Assembly (NCBI GenBank): GCA_002104905.1
Contig: MCFE01000085.1
Location: 62,001 to 126,000, forward strand
Source: Basidiobolus meristosporus CBS 931.73
Lineage: Eukaryota > Fungi > Basidiobolomycota
DNA length: 64,000 nt
Direction: 5' to 3'
Positions within the stretch are counted from its first letter, which is position 1; each line of letters starts with the position of its first letter. The translations under genes were made by a program, and so were the position numbers. The notes below the pieces were generated by a model, which saw nothing but the letters and a program-made list of their open reading frames with translations, ran no database searches and was not told the DNA's origin. This document shows, piece by piece, positions 50,647 through 63,800 of this stretch.

Positions 50647-52024
50647 CTAGTAGTAGTAATCGCATTCGTACGACTCGTAATATGAGTCACATGAACCGGT
50701 GGATGGATTAGACATACGTCGGTTATACTCGATGATGCGAAGACGTTCCGTGTACTTCTCGTATTCGGTGTCTTGGAACTCCTCCTCTGAAGCGACCATG
50801 AATGGATGTCGCAACGTTTCACTAGCATCCGGACGCTTCTCTGGGTCGGTACTTAGCATGGATTTCAGGAGATCTGCGGCGTGGTAGATGATTTCCGGGT
50901 ACAACTTCAGGTCACGATCCAGGAGAAGCTCCTCAAGCGAGTTGCATATCATCTCGGTGGTGGCGGCCCTGACCATGCTGCTGCCCAGGTAATTTAGTTG
51001 GCAGTCGGGCAAGTACCCTTCGATCATCTCTCCGAGCAGAATCCCTGCGCTGTAAATGTCCGGCTTCGTTCCACGGGCATTTCCTTGGTACACTTCGGGA
51101 GCGATGTACCCTGGGGTGCCGCATGCCGTGTGCGGTTGACTGGAGCAACGACTACACAGCCCAAAGTCGATCACCACCAGGTGGCCCTCCTGGTCCACCA
51201 TAAGGTTGGCAGGAGTCAGATCCATGTGCACTATCCCATCCTTGTGTAAGCCTTCAAGTGCCTGTGGATCGCAATGTCAACGAATAAAGTCAACTCTCCC
51301 AAGTTGTTGAATGGTAGTTACCTCAAGTAAATCCCGAATCAGACACTGTACATCGAGCAAGTTGCGCTTCTCGATGGTCAGGTCTTTTAGCTTGGGAAGC
51401 ACGATGACAATCTGGCCTTGGTCGTCGAGGTAGCTGTCTTCCAAACGAATCACATGGGGGATGTGGCTCACTTGTCTGAGCACCTCGATCTCCTTCTCCG
51501 CCAACTTACGGGAAGGAACCGTTTTGAAGGCGACCGGAGCGCAATCCGACAATCGCACACCAAACTCGATTAAGGATAGCTCGGTCTATTCAAGAATGGG
51601 CCATCTAAGTACCGCGAAACAAACGACTCGCGTGCTCGAGGTGACTTACCGTGAGTTTCTTGAGCTTGTCATTCACCAGGTACTTCTTCTGGCCTCGGCA
51701 AGGGTATCGCTCGCACGGAGCCTTGTAGACGTAGTCGCCGCACCCTTTAGCGCAGGTGTTTGTGCACTTGATTTCCTCTTGACTTCGAGTGACCGGAGAG
51801 GTGGGGATGTTGGTGGAGACGGAACGCGAGTGTGTGAATCGATGTCGGAGGTTGTTGAGGAACCTTCGGGGGACGCATGAGGGGGAGAGGTGTAGGTAGT
51901 CGTAGCTGTGGTGGCTCACAGTGAATTCGTCGTCAGAGGAGGACTTGGAGCGGCATAGTGGCGGCCTCTCTAAACCTTTCATTCCATGGAAGGAAGGCAG
52001 ATGTATGGACAAGTGGCGTAGCAT
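50647..52024 (-). CDS. Ser/Thr protein kinase-like protein, atypical catalytic loop (~417 aa; exons 52024-51650, 51585-51322, 51261-50647)
   Basis: VAFK, EKEIEVL, HMDLTPAN, VIDFG, GTPGYIAPE, DIYSAG, DPEKRPDASETLRHPF. GT-AG introns of 64 and 60 nt keep the frame; the first acceptor is less certain. Confidence 0.88.
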
Positions 52025-52702
52025 TGGGTCGTCTATGAAATGAATTTATTTTTGAAGCTAGATTGCTGTGGGACTGGTGATCGGATAGATTTCGTTTGAG
52101 ATCCAGCAATGAGGCAGTAATTCCAAATAACAAGGAGTGTGTGTGGGTTGTTTGCTCTGCCGAGAAGGACAAGCAAGTTACGGTCTGATAGGATAAATTA
52201 GGAATATAAATGTAAGATAAGCTCAAGAAGCATGTGAAAACTAGGAGGACTGGCTGTCGAGTCGATTCAGGGGAGAGAAGTATATCAATTGTGGGCTTCT
52301 TCCTCAAAATCCCTCAACGTCATGTAAGTCGGTTGGTGACCGTAACAAATGTCTGAAACACCTCGACGACAAAGGCTGCTCTTATATAAATAATAGGGCT
52401 GGCATAATGTAGATACTGGCGAATGCAGCGCTTCTAATTGGAGCTCAACCGAAAATGATGGAAAATGTTGATCATTGAGCAGGAGAGGACTTGAGTGCTG
52501 TTTGTTAATGTGCACACTCATATGAAGGCAATATAAATGGCCTGATAAGGTCTTGGATAATGGGTGGTGTATGAATCTCCTGCATGCTGAATTAGCAGCG
52601 ACTAAAATGTCTCAGATCCAAACAACTTCCATAATTTGACCAAGCATAGTGTTGGAAAAGGGTCTGGAATCGAATGCAATATCACAGCCACTCAGACTGC
52701 AA

Positions 52703-53161
52703 TCATGCCAGATTTAATATCCTAATTTTAATATCCAAGTTTAATATCCCAAATGGTTTTCCATCGCTCAGAATGAGGTCAATCTCGGTGAATCCCAGCT
52801 TGGCGTGTGACTGGCGGATAGTAAAGTCACCTGTGTTGCAGTGCATCCCCAATGGATTGGGGCCAGGAAATTCTCCTCCGCACGATAAGATCACACACAT
52901 GTCTCCAAGGAATATTGCTGAGTTCATATGAAATAGATCAACCATCGATAAGGCCCCGTCAAATCGATGCCTGAATGTGCACGAAGCGGTCTCTTCTGAT
53001 AGCGATGAAACATATTGTTTAAGCGGAAGACAACCACAAGCCAGAATTCCATGATTATCCCTAGTCTGGTGCATTAGCCTCCATGTGATACCATCTTTCT
53101 TCGCGAGGTTGGCTCCATGCCCAACTGGGATGCTTTCTATCACGCTTACAGATGGCCACAA
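52703..53161 (-). CDS. Possible exon(s) of an unidentified gene
   Basis: 459-nt open frame in CpG-normal DNA with no ATG start. An internal GTAAGC...CTAAT...CAG suggests an intron, but I could not build a consistent model. Confidence 0.3.
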   Translation of the reverse strand: MWPSVSVIESIPVGHGANLAKKDGITWRLMHQTRDNHGILACGCLPLKQYVSSLSEETASCTFRHRFDGALSMVDLFHMNSAIFLGDMCVILSCGGEFPGPNPLGMHCNTGDFTIRQSHAKLGFTEIDLILSDGKPFGILNLDIKIRILNLA

Positions 53162-54223
53162 GGCTGGCTAGCACGTGGAGCGTTTGAAGCAGTCCTGGAT
53201 GACCTAACATGATGAGGATAGGCATACTCCCGATCATTACTCAAAAATACCGAGCCCAATTATGTAAGAAGGTACATGAGGTCCTCGGAGCAAATAATAG
53301 AGAGTGACGAGGTAAACGCGTCAACTCATTGGCGTAAGATAGAGTAAACATCATTAAATTTAGCTCCAAACATTCGTTTCACGCCCGACGCTAGTGAAAC
53401 ATCACTACAAGAATGACTACGTAATCTGATGAAGATTTGTCCGCGTCTTTAGCTCAGGCCAGTCAAGAAATAGCATGCATGTGATGGATATTCGCACTTG
53501 GATGATTTTAAACTTGGACCGCATGTGATGAAACTCCGTACTTGAATTAAGCAGACTGGCTAACTTTGTGCTTAACATAATCTCACGATTTAGGGTTAGG
53601 GCTGTGTATGCCAGGGTCAAGAAAATCTAGACTAGCCCGTTTAGATCACCAAACAGGCTGTCCAATGGTAGCACTTCAAGGAATTCTAAGCACAAAGCGC
53701 TATTCCAAACTCAACGTTTCCTACAACCCTACTGGCTGCTGCCGATTGGACTGTCGAATTGCAAACATTTCAACGATATCTCCTCATCAAGGGTTCTTGT
53801 GATTGGCTTCATGTTGGCTTGCCAAATCGCAGATCCATGGTTAAGTTCATGTTTTAGAAGATAGCAAATTAATCATTACTACTGCTTCATATTGGCTCCA
53901 GCCAGGAATGTGTGTGCTCTTGTCCTACGCTTCGACTCCATAGTGCTTGCATTCATCTTAATCAGATCGATGAATCCCTAGGTGATACACCCTGGAATGG
54001 ATTGAACCGGTCAAATAAAAAAGATTCCTGTCCGCTGTGGACTCGGCTAAGGATTTTGGTTCCGTATTTTAGTCTGGACTGTTACATTACTGCTAAACGG
54101 TGCCGAATTGGTCTTGCGAAACTTTGAGGTGTCCTTGGTTGCCAAACAACTCAATACTAACCCTTCTATCTTATTCCTACCTCCCCTTAGCAAATCCCCT
54201 CCCCACTCTTCCCAGTGACCAAA

Positions 54224-55161
54224 ATGTCGCAATTCACTCCATACGACTTTTTAGCCGCTCTGAACAACGGAACAGAGAATTCCCCCGATCTTGGAGCCAA
54301 AGATATCAAAGAGGAATTAGATTTGTGGAGTAGTGCTCAATTCACTTTTGATACCAACTCCTTTCAAAGTAACCTGATGAACCAGAACACTTTCGATTCC
54401 TTTAACTTGATGAACATGCAAACCCCTGGTATGTTGACCAGTTTCCAACCATCTATTCGTTCCTCGATGCCCGCCAACTTCATATCCACTACAAATAAAC
54501 CCGGTTCACTAACCGATACCTCCTTCTATCAGCAGGTACTCCCAATCTGAGCCAAGCTGCTCTTTCACCTATGTTCAATTTCTTTGGGGACAACACCGGT
54601 GGAGGCTTTTCGAGTTTGATGTCGCCCCATCCTTCTTTCCCCGTTTCCACCCTAAACGCTCCAGTCGAACAGCAAGTTCAGCAGCCCCTTATCCCAAACA
54701 ACTCTTTCACCCCTATTATCGCGGATATTTCCCCTACAACACCAGCTGTTGCACCAGTCACTAGTACCCCTACCTCGACGGCCACTACTCCTAAGATTGG
54801 TACCATCAGTCGTAAGAGCAGCATCAAGGCTCCCAACAAGATCAGCAGCTCTGAGAACGTAGAGGAGGAGTCCGCATACGATAAGGCTGCTGCCGAAGAA
54901 GACAAGCGTAGACGAAATACTGCTGCTTCCGCTCGCTTCAGAATTAAGAAGAAGTTGAGGGAGCAAACTCTAGAAAAGACAGCAAAAGAAATGACGGCCA
55001 AGGCAGAAATCATGGAAGGAAAGGTGAAGGAGTTGGAGATGGAGATCAAGTGGCTGCGTGGCCTTCTCCTGGAAAAAAATCCATCTCTGCTGGAACACCC
55101 ACCTAGCTTCAAGAAGCAAAAAATCGAGAAACCGTCGGAGGATGTGAAATCCTCTGCTTGA
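54224..55161 (+). CDS. metR: bZIP transcription factor, MetR/CYS-3/Zip1 (sulfur regulator) family; exons 54224-54428 and 54536-55161 (~276 aa)
   Basis: Basic region EDKRRRNTAASARFRIKKKLREQ plus zipper ...VKELEMEIKWLRGLL; N-terminal EELDLWSSAQFTFD. Intron GTATGT...CACTAAC...CAGCAG joins the two ORF-track frames. Confidence 0.85.
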
Positions 55162-55544
55162 TCCATCTCCAAGATCCCGTATAACATGAAAGAACATTTT
55201 TTACCAAACAGACCTTTTTATCCTTCACTACCTTTGCGATGTCTGACATTTTATACGAACGATGGATGTTTTCTTGGTTAGATTGGCTACACCACCCATT
55301 CCATTTGGTTTTGGTAGAGTCAATAAAAATGTGCTTTTCGTCCGAGTTGATGTAGTGCTCTGCGCTATTGTGATGGTTAACTTATGTGGGATGATTAGCC
55401 ATGTATGTTGATTATAGATATGTCGAGTTGCAATTGTATATTCCTCAGATAAGCCACATTATGCGCCAGTTGGCCGATTTTTGTTATCAACCATCCTGGT
55501 GATTTATTTCCTGCTTTCGTATTTACCAGCAAGAAGACCCACAG

Positions 55545-57467
55545 ATGGGAATCATTGACTGCCCAAAAACACTCGCGGAGCTATCCTTTGACGATGACGA
55601 TCTTCCTACGGAGACCTCCCTAAAACAGGTGACACTCGCCAACTCTGCTTCGCTTCATTGGTAACTTTGGCTAATCTGAGCATCGATGATAGAACGAGGT
55701 TGAGGAAAGCATCAGCTCGTTTTTCAGGAAATACAAGACCAAGTCCCTCTCGAAGGAAAAGTAATGTCTGGACACGGATCTCTGGAAATTGGCCTGAACT
55801 CACCCGATCTTCCCTACCTTAGTATCATTCTTCGCAGGGAACCCCACATCAAGTTCACATTGAGAGGTTTGGACTCCCTCAACCAGTTCTTCGTGGTCCT
55901 GGATTCTAGCAAGCCTTGGCTCTGCTACTGGATGTTGCATTCACTCAATCTGCTGGAGTATGAGCTGCCCGAGGAGATCAAACTGAGGTTGGTTCGTCAC
56001 TTACCCACTTCCTCTCGGAGGACTGTCACTGAGTTCTCCTTGTTCCCGCATATCCAGAGGAATCTCGACTTTGGAGAAATGCCAAAACTCCACCGGCGGC
56101 TTCGGTGGCGGTCCTAGTCAGATGTCTCATTTGGCCCCTACGTATGCAGCCATCAACGCACTAGCAATCATTGGAACGCCCGCTGCTTATGAGATAATCA
56201 ATCGGTAAATTCGGCATGCTCTGCATTTTGAGTGAGGCTCGAGTCGAAGTAACCATTCTGCTTAGGGAGACACTGTATCAATGGTTGTTGAGCCTCAAGC
56301 AACCGGACGGCTCATTCATCATGCATGTTGGTGGCGAAGTGGATGTCAGGTACGATGATAAGCTAGCTCTAGAACTGGCCAAGTTACGAGCTAAATCTAT
56401 GGCATATATAGAGGCAGCTACTGCGCACTATCTGTTGCTTCTCTTTTAAATATCCTCACCCCAGAGTTGATGGACGGTGCTGCTGAATTCATCGCCAGGT
56501 AGAGTGATTCCCCATGTATCCTTGACCGAGTTGCATAGATTTGACGAGCTGTTCCAACCCGTATACAGATGTCAAACATACGAGGGTGGAATTGGCAGTT
56601 ACCCTGGGTCTGAGGCTCATGGCGGCTACGCTTACTGCGGACTGGCAGCGATGGAGATCCTGGGAAAAGCAGAGTTGCTTAACCTTCCTCGTTTAGTGGT
56701 AAATAGATCAGCCACGTAGGCTTCTACCCAAGCAATGTCATCTGATGATTTAACGTCGTTGAAGGAATGGGCGGCCTCTCGACAGATGTGTTTAGAAGGC
56801 GGTTTCCAAGGACGCACCAACAAGCTGGTCGACGGGTGCTATTCATTGTGGATGGGCGGACTGTTTCCGCTGTTGGAGTCGATTTTGGAACGAGGCAAGA
56901 GTCGGGCGGATCCAACCAGATATCTTCAACAACATGCCTTATATGACAAAGGTACGGGTTATCACGAATCTATGGACGAGCCTTGAATTGACATGGATCA
57001 CATATGAAGAGGCGTTGCAGGAATACATTCTATTGTGCTGCCAGAAGCCTAGTGGAGGTCTGCGTGACAAGCCTGGAATGTAAGCAGTGATTCCACGACG
57101 AGTAAAGCGACCCGCTGACATGCATCCATTGTAGGAATCCGGACTACTACCATACCTGCTATTGCCTAAGTGGATTGTCCCACACCCAGAACAAAGTGAT
57201 ACGGAAGGAAAATACCACCAGCGTCGATCTATCGGGGTTGCCGGGGCTGAATTCGTTGCTCTGGCAGTCCGTGGGATCGCACACGTCCGTAGTTGGAGAC
57301 GCAAGCAATCTTGTGGTATGTAGTTGGCCTCTCTTAGGTAAGACGGTTCTAACCGATGTTCGATCTAGCTTCCCACCCACCCTGTGCACAATATTGGCTT
57401 GGCGTCCGTTCACAAGATCATGCAGCACTTCTATGGAGAGTCAGCCCTTCAAGTGATGAATTCATAG
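55545..57467 (+). CDS. RAM1: Protein farnesyltransferase beta subunit (11 predicted exons)
   Basis: LDSSKPWLCYWMLHSL, GGFGGGPSQMSHLAPTYAA, GGEVDVR, EAHGGYAYCGLAA, EGGFQGRTNKLVDGCYSLW, GGLRDKPG, PDYYHTCYCLSGLS; all introns are GT-AG. Confidence 0.95.
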
Positions 57468-57880
57468 CAAGTATCACCCTTCCCTTGTATTTATTGATCA
57501 AAGTGTAAAAGCTCCCAATTTTCAATGTGGGCTGAGTGTACGTAATAAATCAGAACCTTTCTATGGATGAACCGGAAGTTCACTGCCGCACGATGAACTT
57601 GGGTGCTGTGAACGCATCCAACACATTCTTGTAAATCAGCACCTGCATCAGTGTGGAATGGGATGGGAATCGGGGCGAATCATTCGATGAAAATGAGGGA
57701 CAAATCGATGTGAAGTCACTAGTATCTGGTGGTGAGCTCAGGAATGGGAATGTGTGGTATGCTGATTACCTTATGCAGCAACCATATTATATGGCACTAT
57801 GCGATCAAATTCCAGTTATTCTCGATAAAACGCATCTTGCTAGTCAATCCGTCTTTAGAGCAGTCGAAAACCCCGCTTGA

Positions 57881-60800
57881 ATGCACGCTTATATTTTTAT
57901 TAGGCCAAGCCCGCGTTCAATCGCAATATGGCCTTCCCAAAGCTCCTCCAAGGAGCCCGCCTCCCTTTTGATCATCAAACTAAGAGACATGTACGGGTCG
58001 GAGGAGGCCAAATGCTCGGTGGAGATGATCTCTGAAGATCTATGGGATCCCGAAGGCTACTTTCGACTAGATGTTGGGCCAGTATACGGCTGTCTCGGTC
58101 TGATATCCGCATATAACGGTCAGTCGGCAGCCAGAGTGGATTGTTCGTTGGTTGGGGAATACTCAAACGTTTGTTATTAGATATCCTTCTCGGGTTTGTT
58201 ACAAAGCAGCAGGTTTTAAACGAAATCCAGCCAGAGGAAACCATCCACAGAGTTCGGGATGTTGACTTTCTTTCGTTGGCTAACGGACGATACGACGATT
58301 TGTTTGGTGGGGAATATTACTCAAACGAGCAGGAGAATACCAGCGCATATCAACCTTATCAAGAGCTGAGAAAATATCTCAAAAACGGGACGTTCTATTT
58401 TTCGCCTTCCTTCGATCTGACCAAAAGTACTCAAAACAGGTGAGCACTTCTTGCTAGGAATGGCCAGCTTCGGTGGCTTATCAGGCTTCTCTCACCTCTT
58501 GCGTAGATATGAAAAGCCCAATCCCGAGAAGCCATTTGACAAATCCTTCCTATGGAATTCCAACATGTTGAATCCTTTTCTTGCCTTCCGAAAGCACTTG
58601 AGCCTAGAAGACCGAAATCTTTTTGATGCTGCCAAATTCATTGTAACCTCTCCACCCGCCTTTCCACCCTCCTCTCACTTTCCGTGCTAACCTAGGCATT
58701 GCTTAGACACCACTTATACAAGGCTACATTGGAGTTGAACAGTGTACACTTGGCCAGGAAATTGCAACTGTGGCGATCATTTCCAAATTGAGTTCTCATC
58801 GTGCAGGTGGGTTGCCGTCGAGATTATTCGCTACTGCCCTGCTAAAAGTGTGACACCTCACGGGTTGTTGTAGGTACTCGATTTAATGCCAGAGGAATCG
58901 ACGATGATGGTCACGTAGCCAATTTTGTTGAGGTATCTTCCAGAATTGTCGGACCATGTTACGCTGTCTTTGGTTAACCATCGGTTATGTACAAGACCGA
59001 GTTTATCATGAAATTTAGAAGCCAATTTCTCTCGTATGTTGAGGTGAGAGGAAGTGTCCCAGGTATGCTTAGCATTGATGGATACGCGCTATAAATCATC
59101 CCCATGTTGAACCTAATCCCATCATTGTTTCTTTTGTCTAGTCTTTTGGGAGCAAACGGTACGCTTAATCATGCCAAGACCCTAAGCCCGGGTCAGCGTT
59201 AATAACCATTGACTCTAGGGTCTTAGTCACAAAGTGAACGTTCTCAGAGAAGTGGCGCTCACACAACCAGCTGTAGACAAACACTTCTCGATGCTACTTG
59301 ATCGTTATGGCCATGTGAATATTCTCAATCTACTCAGTCAAAAAGAAGGAGAGCGGCTGCTGAGTGACGCATTTGGCTATCATGTCAACGCACTCAACAA
59401 ACCAGAGTACGTACAGATGACACCTTTCGACTTCCACGCCATTTGCAAAGGAGGCAACTTCGAGAATGCATCATACATCCTTACCATGATACAGGAGGAT
59501 CTGGAGAAATTCGGCTATTTCCTTCTCGACCTCAAGTCAGATCAGATGCTTTACAGGCAGTCGGGAATCTTTCGAACAAACTGCCTGGACTGGTAAGTCA
59601 TCTAACCGAAACGCTTGCTCTGATGGTTGTACTAAACTGTGATTGTCTGTAGCTTGGACAGGTGGAGTGTTTTCTCACTAGCCTGGCTACGCAACGTACT
59701 AACCAATCTCGCAACGCTACCTCTCTCCTAGAACCAATGTGATCCAGACCATTGTCCTTCAAGAGATCCTCAAGTTCCACCTCGCGCAGTACGAAAAGCT
59801 TCCGCCTTACTGGGTAGACGCCATCTTCAGCAAGGTGTCCTTTCTGTGGGCCGAAAATGGCGATTGTCTATCCAAGATGTACGCCGGAACCGGAGCTCTG
59901 AAATCCTCGTACACAAGAAGCGGCAAACTGACCTTTTCAGGTAGGACCCACGTTCATTGCCGCGATGAATTGAAGAGCCATCACCTAATACATGAGCCTA
60001 GGATTGGTCAACGACATGTCGAAATCCATGAATCGGATGTACATCAACAATTTCCAGGACAAAGGAAAGCAGGAGATCATAGATATACTACTGGTTTGGA
60101 CATCTGAGCACTAGCATTGAGCTATCCAGAAGCTTACACAGCTCTCATGTCTAGGGAAAATCACAACACCAACGGCGAATCATCTTGCAAGATGAGGTGC
60201 ACGAACTGATCTCACGCGACTTGGAGCAGCGGTAAGACGGATTCCTCATGCAGTCCGAGAATGGCAAGAATTGACGCGGACCCTTGTCTTCTAGGGCTAG
60301 TGAATATGCGTCCAAATCCAAAATTAGAGTCCACATTGGAACTTACAATGTCAACGGCCGAGTCCCGTCGGGAGAGTCTCTTTCCTCTTTCCTTCGGATA
60401 TCCCCAGGTTCGGACTGCTCAACAATGTTTGAACCTTCGAATGCGTATTCATGATCTTCACAGATGACGAGCCTGACATCATTGCTCTGGGTATTCAGGA
60501 AATCGTCGAGCTCACTCCCACTCAGGTACGCCAGCCTATACCAATTGTGCTGATCTCACCTCGTCTCTAAATCATTCTTCTGGGTAGATCATGTCGGCTG
60601 ATACTGAGAAAAGGTTGGCCTCATTGACAGGAAGCGATGATTAGTCGGTAATAACCAGATTCCTTTAGGCTGATTTGGCAACGGGAGGTTCAAGCGCATC
60701 TGGGTAAAGTGTATACTTCATCCAAGTATGTGGCGTTGACCTCGGAGCAGCTAGTGGGTGCTGCCATGCTGATCTACGTCCGAAAAGAGAATATCTTGAG

Positions 60801-63800
60801 GATTCGAGACATTCAGGTCTCCACAAAAAAGGTGAGAACCCAAGCCCAGCATCCCAGCTTGGTACCGTTTCGCTGATCCATCTTCATCTCCACTGAAAGA
60901 CCGGGCTGAAAGGAATGGCTGGCAACAAAGGCGGCATTGGGATTCGATTCGATTTTGATGACACAAGCATCTGTCTAGTGACCGCCCATTTGGCTGCAGG
61001 TATGCTGCTCAACTAGTCGATTCTCGGAAGGGAAATCTCACCCTCTGGTCATCTATCCTCCAGGGTCGTCGAATTTCGAAGAGAGAAATGACGATTACAG
61101 AACCATCACCAATGGAATTCGATTCTCCAAAGGCCGTACCATCGACGACCATGAGTAAGGGTTTATTGTGGATCCACGATGTACCAGCGTAACTGACGAA
61201 CCGATCTTTAGCCACATCATTTGGTTCGGCGACTTCAACTATCGGATCAACTTGGAGTATGACGATGTAACCACGCCCTACACACATACGGCGATTTCGA
61301 ATGGAGTCTAACCAATCTTTCCTACAAGGTCATGGACTGCATCTACAATCAGCAGCTGGCGGAGCTTCTGATCCACGACCAGGTAAGATTCTCCCCATCA
61401 GCAGACGGCAGTGGAATTACTAAGCTCTGTGCCAGCTTGTTCAACAACTTCGCGAGGGAAAAGCCTTTCAAGGTTTCCAGGAAGGCATCATCAACTTCAA
61501 CCCTACCTACAAATATGACAACGGAACCGACACGTATGATACAAGGTATGCTATCGTCATCTAGCTTCTCCAGGGCTATAAGAGCTAAATGTTCGGAAAA
61601 TCAGTGAGAAGCAGCGGCGTCCAGCTTGGACCGGTAAGCCACATGCACGTAAAGTCCTGAGGGCCTCTCTAACTCCTAGCACATATTGCAGATCGAATCC
61701 TTTACCGAGGGAAGGAGGTAACGAAAGCTCTACATTCAATGGGACCTAGCAGTGTGAAGGCTCAACAGTTTTACATCCGCAGATCTCCTTGCTCAAATAC
61801 ACCAACTCCAGTGTGATTCGGGTGTCGGACCACAAGCCTGGTAAGTAGTGTATAAATCAGGCACGCAGCAGTTGGATTAACTCTGTGTCACCTTGTAGTC
61901 ATGGGCCTGTTTGAATTGGAGGTAAGCTTTCCAATGAGTGGGGTGGTGTAGGACTCACCCTAAGGATATGATTTCAAGGTTGCCAAAGTGGATTACAAGG
62001 TTCGAGAAAAGATCAAGCGGGAGCTGTACTCACTCAAGAAGAAGGAGGTCGATCTCGTGGCATCTTCGCCGAAGATCTCTCGCAAAGGTATTTTTCCGCA
62101 GATAATCCTGATCAGATGGAATCCACCACTTAGCTGAGAGTAGATAGCAGAGTTTACAAGGAGTCGTTATTAGATATCCACAATGAAGGTACGCCCATCT
62201 AGGCTCCATGTTCGTCAGTCAACACAGCCCTTAGAATAGTCCCTATAGATGCGATGAGCTCTATTGAGATGCGCGACCTGGAGAAAGGTAACCTTCCAGC
62301 GGCCCTGGCTGACCGATCTATTGTTATCTAACTCATTTACTAGCCTCCAAAAGCTATCCTAATCTACTGGACAGCGATATTGCTGCCGATCATCAGAAGT
62401 CTAGTGGTGAGTACAAGGCTTGCCGTCACCTCAATCTCCATGATACTGATTCAACGAATACTCCAGTTTCAAGATCGGTTCACGCGGTCTCCGGTGAGAA
62501 TGTTGCCCTCCTCGATCATGATAGCTTCCTAGGAAAGCCGCAGTTGATAGAAGTCGCGTCAGGTTAGCATTTCCACGAACGCCAAACCCCCTCAGAGATT
62601 GACGAACCTTTTGTAGATGAATTGGAAACCTCGTGGGTTCCACTGAAGCCCAGAAGTGAATATTCTATTGTTTATTCGACCGAATTTCGGATGTTTACCA
62701 TTTACCTTACTCCCTTGTAGATCTGGCTTCTACCGGATACCTGTCACCAGTCAATATCGCCAAATCCAAGTAAGATCCTAGATTCCTATCCAAACAATCG
62801 GTCACTTACGAATCGTATCCAGATCCGATAGCCAATTGCTAGACCAAGTGGCAAATCCCTATAGAGACTCGGCAAGTCGCGTTCAGAAATCTCCCCCACA
62901 AAATTCCTCCTTGGCTCCAAGCAGTGCGCATGGCTTAAGTGTACCACCACCGGTACCAGTCCAAAGATCCATTTCAACCTCACCCAAGCTTGAATATAGT
63001 GCATTACCAAAACCGCTCATTCCCGAGAGAAAGTACTCCTCCTCGGTATCGACTGAAAAAAGTATCATGAAACCGATGGTCCCTTCGCGTGACGTCAAAC
63101 CTCTCGCCTTGGCCCGAGAGAGCGACTCAAAAAAGCCTCCCTTACCTAGTAGAGGTATGTCAACCTCTTCCAACGATTCTTTGAAGGAACCCGCCGTCCC
63201 AGCCAGAGGAACAACTTTCTCGGCTGTTCCATCAAGAACTTCTACGAGTTCCTCGGAGTCTAGCACTTTGGGTACTGTTCCGCCTCTACCTCAGAGAAGA
63301 GAAAAGACCGAGAGTGGCAGTCAGAAAAACGCCTCCAACTTGGTTGAGGAGGGAACCGAACACAACTCTTCGATAGACACTGAGAGCGACTCTGAGGAAA
63401 CCTCGGGGCGGCCAGTGAATGATTCTGCCAACGTGGAAACTTTGAACAGCTCCAAGTGGAAGCCACTGATCCCGGAAAGAAGTTCCACTTTCTCGGGTTT
63501 ACCAGAAAAGGAGAACCCGAAGAAACCCGTGCCTCCCTCCAGGAAACCAAGAAGCCCACTTATTCAAGGGGCTGTTGTAGACCGCAAGAACTTCTATGAG
63601 GCAGAGTCCGATGCTTCAACTACCAACAATTTGAGGAGAGCTCGTACACTTCATGAGACAAGTGTTAGTTCCTTGAGTCAGGCCTTCAACTCGATGTCAA
63701 CATCAGCCGCTCCAGGAAGTCCATCTTCGCAGAGGAGGCCCCCTCCTCCGGTGCCTATTAGAAACAGTGGGACGGAACTTCGTAGAGCCCATACCATATC

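Noticed and set aside
51461-51880. Plus-strand 139-aa ORF
   Set aside because: Antisense to kinase exons 1-2 and crosses an intron.
53590-53601. TTAGGGTTAGGG telomere-like repeat
   Set aside because: Only two units, in unique DNA; expected by chance.
54652-55197. Minus-strand ORFs over the bZIP gene (104, 169, 75 aa)
   Set aside because: Antisense shadows of a well-supported coding exon.
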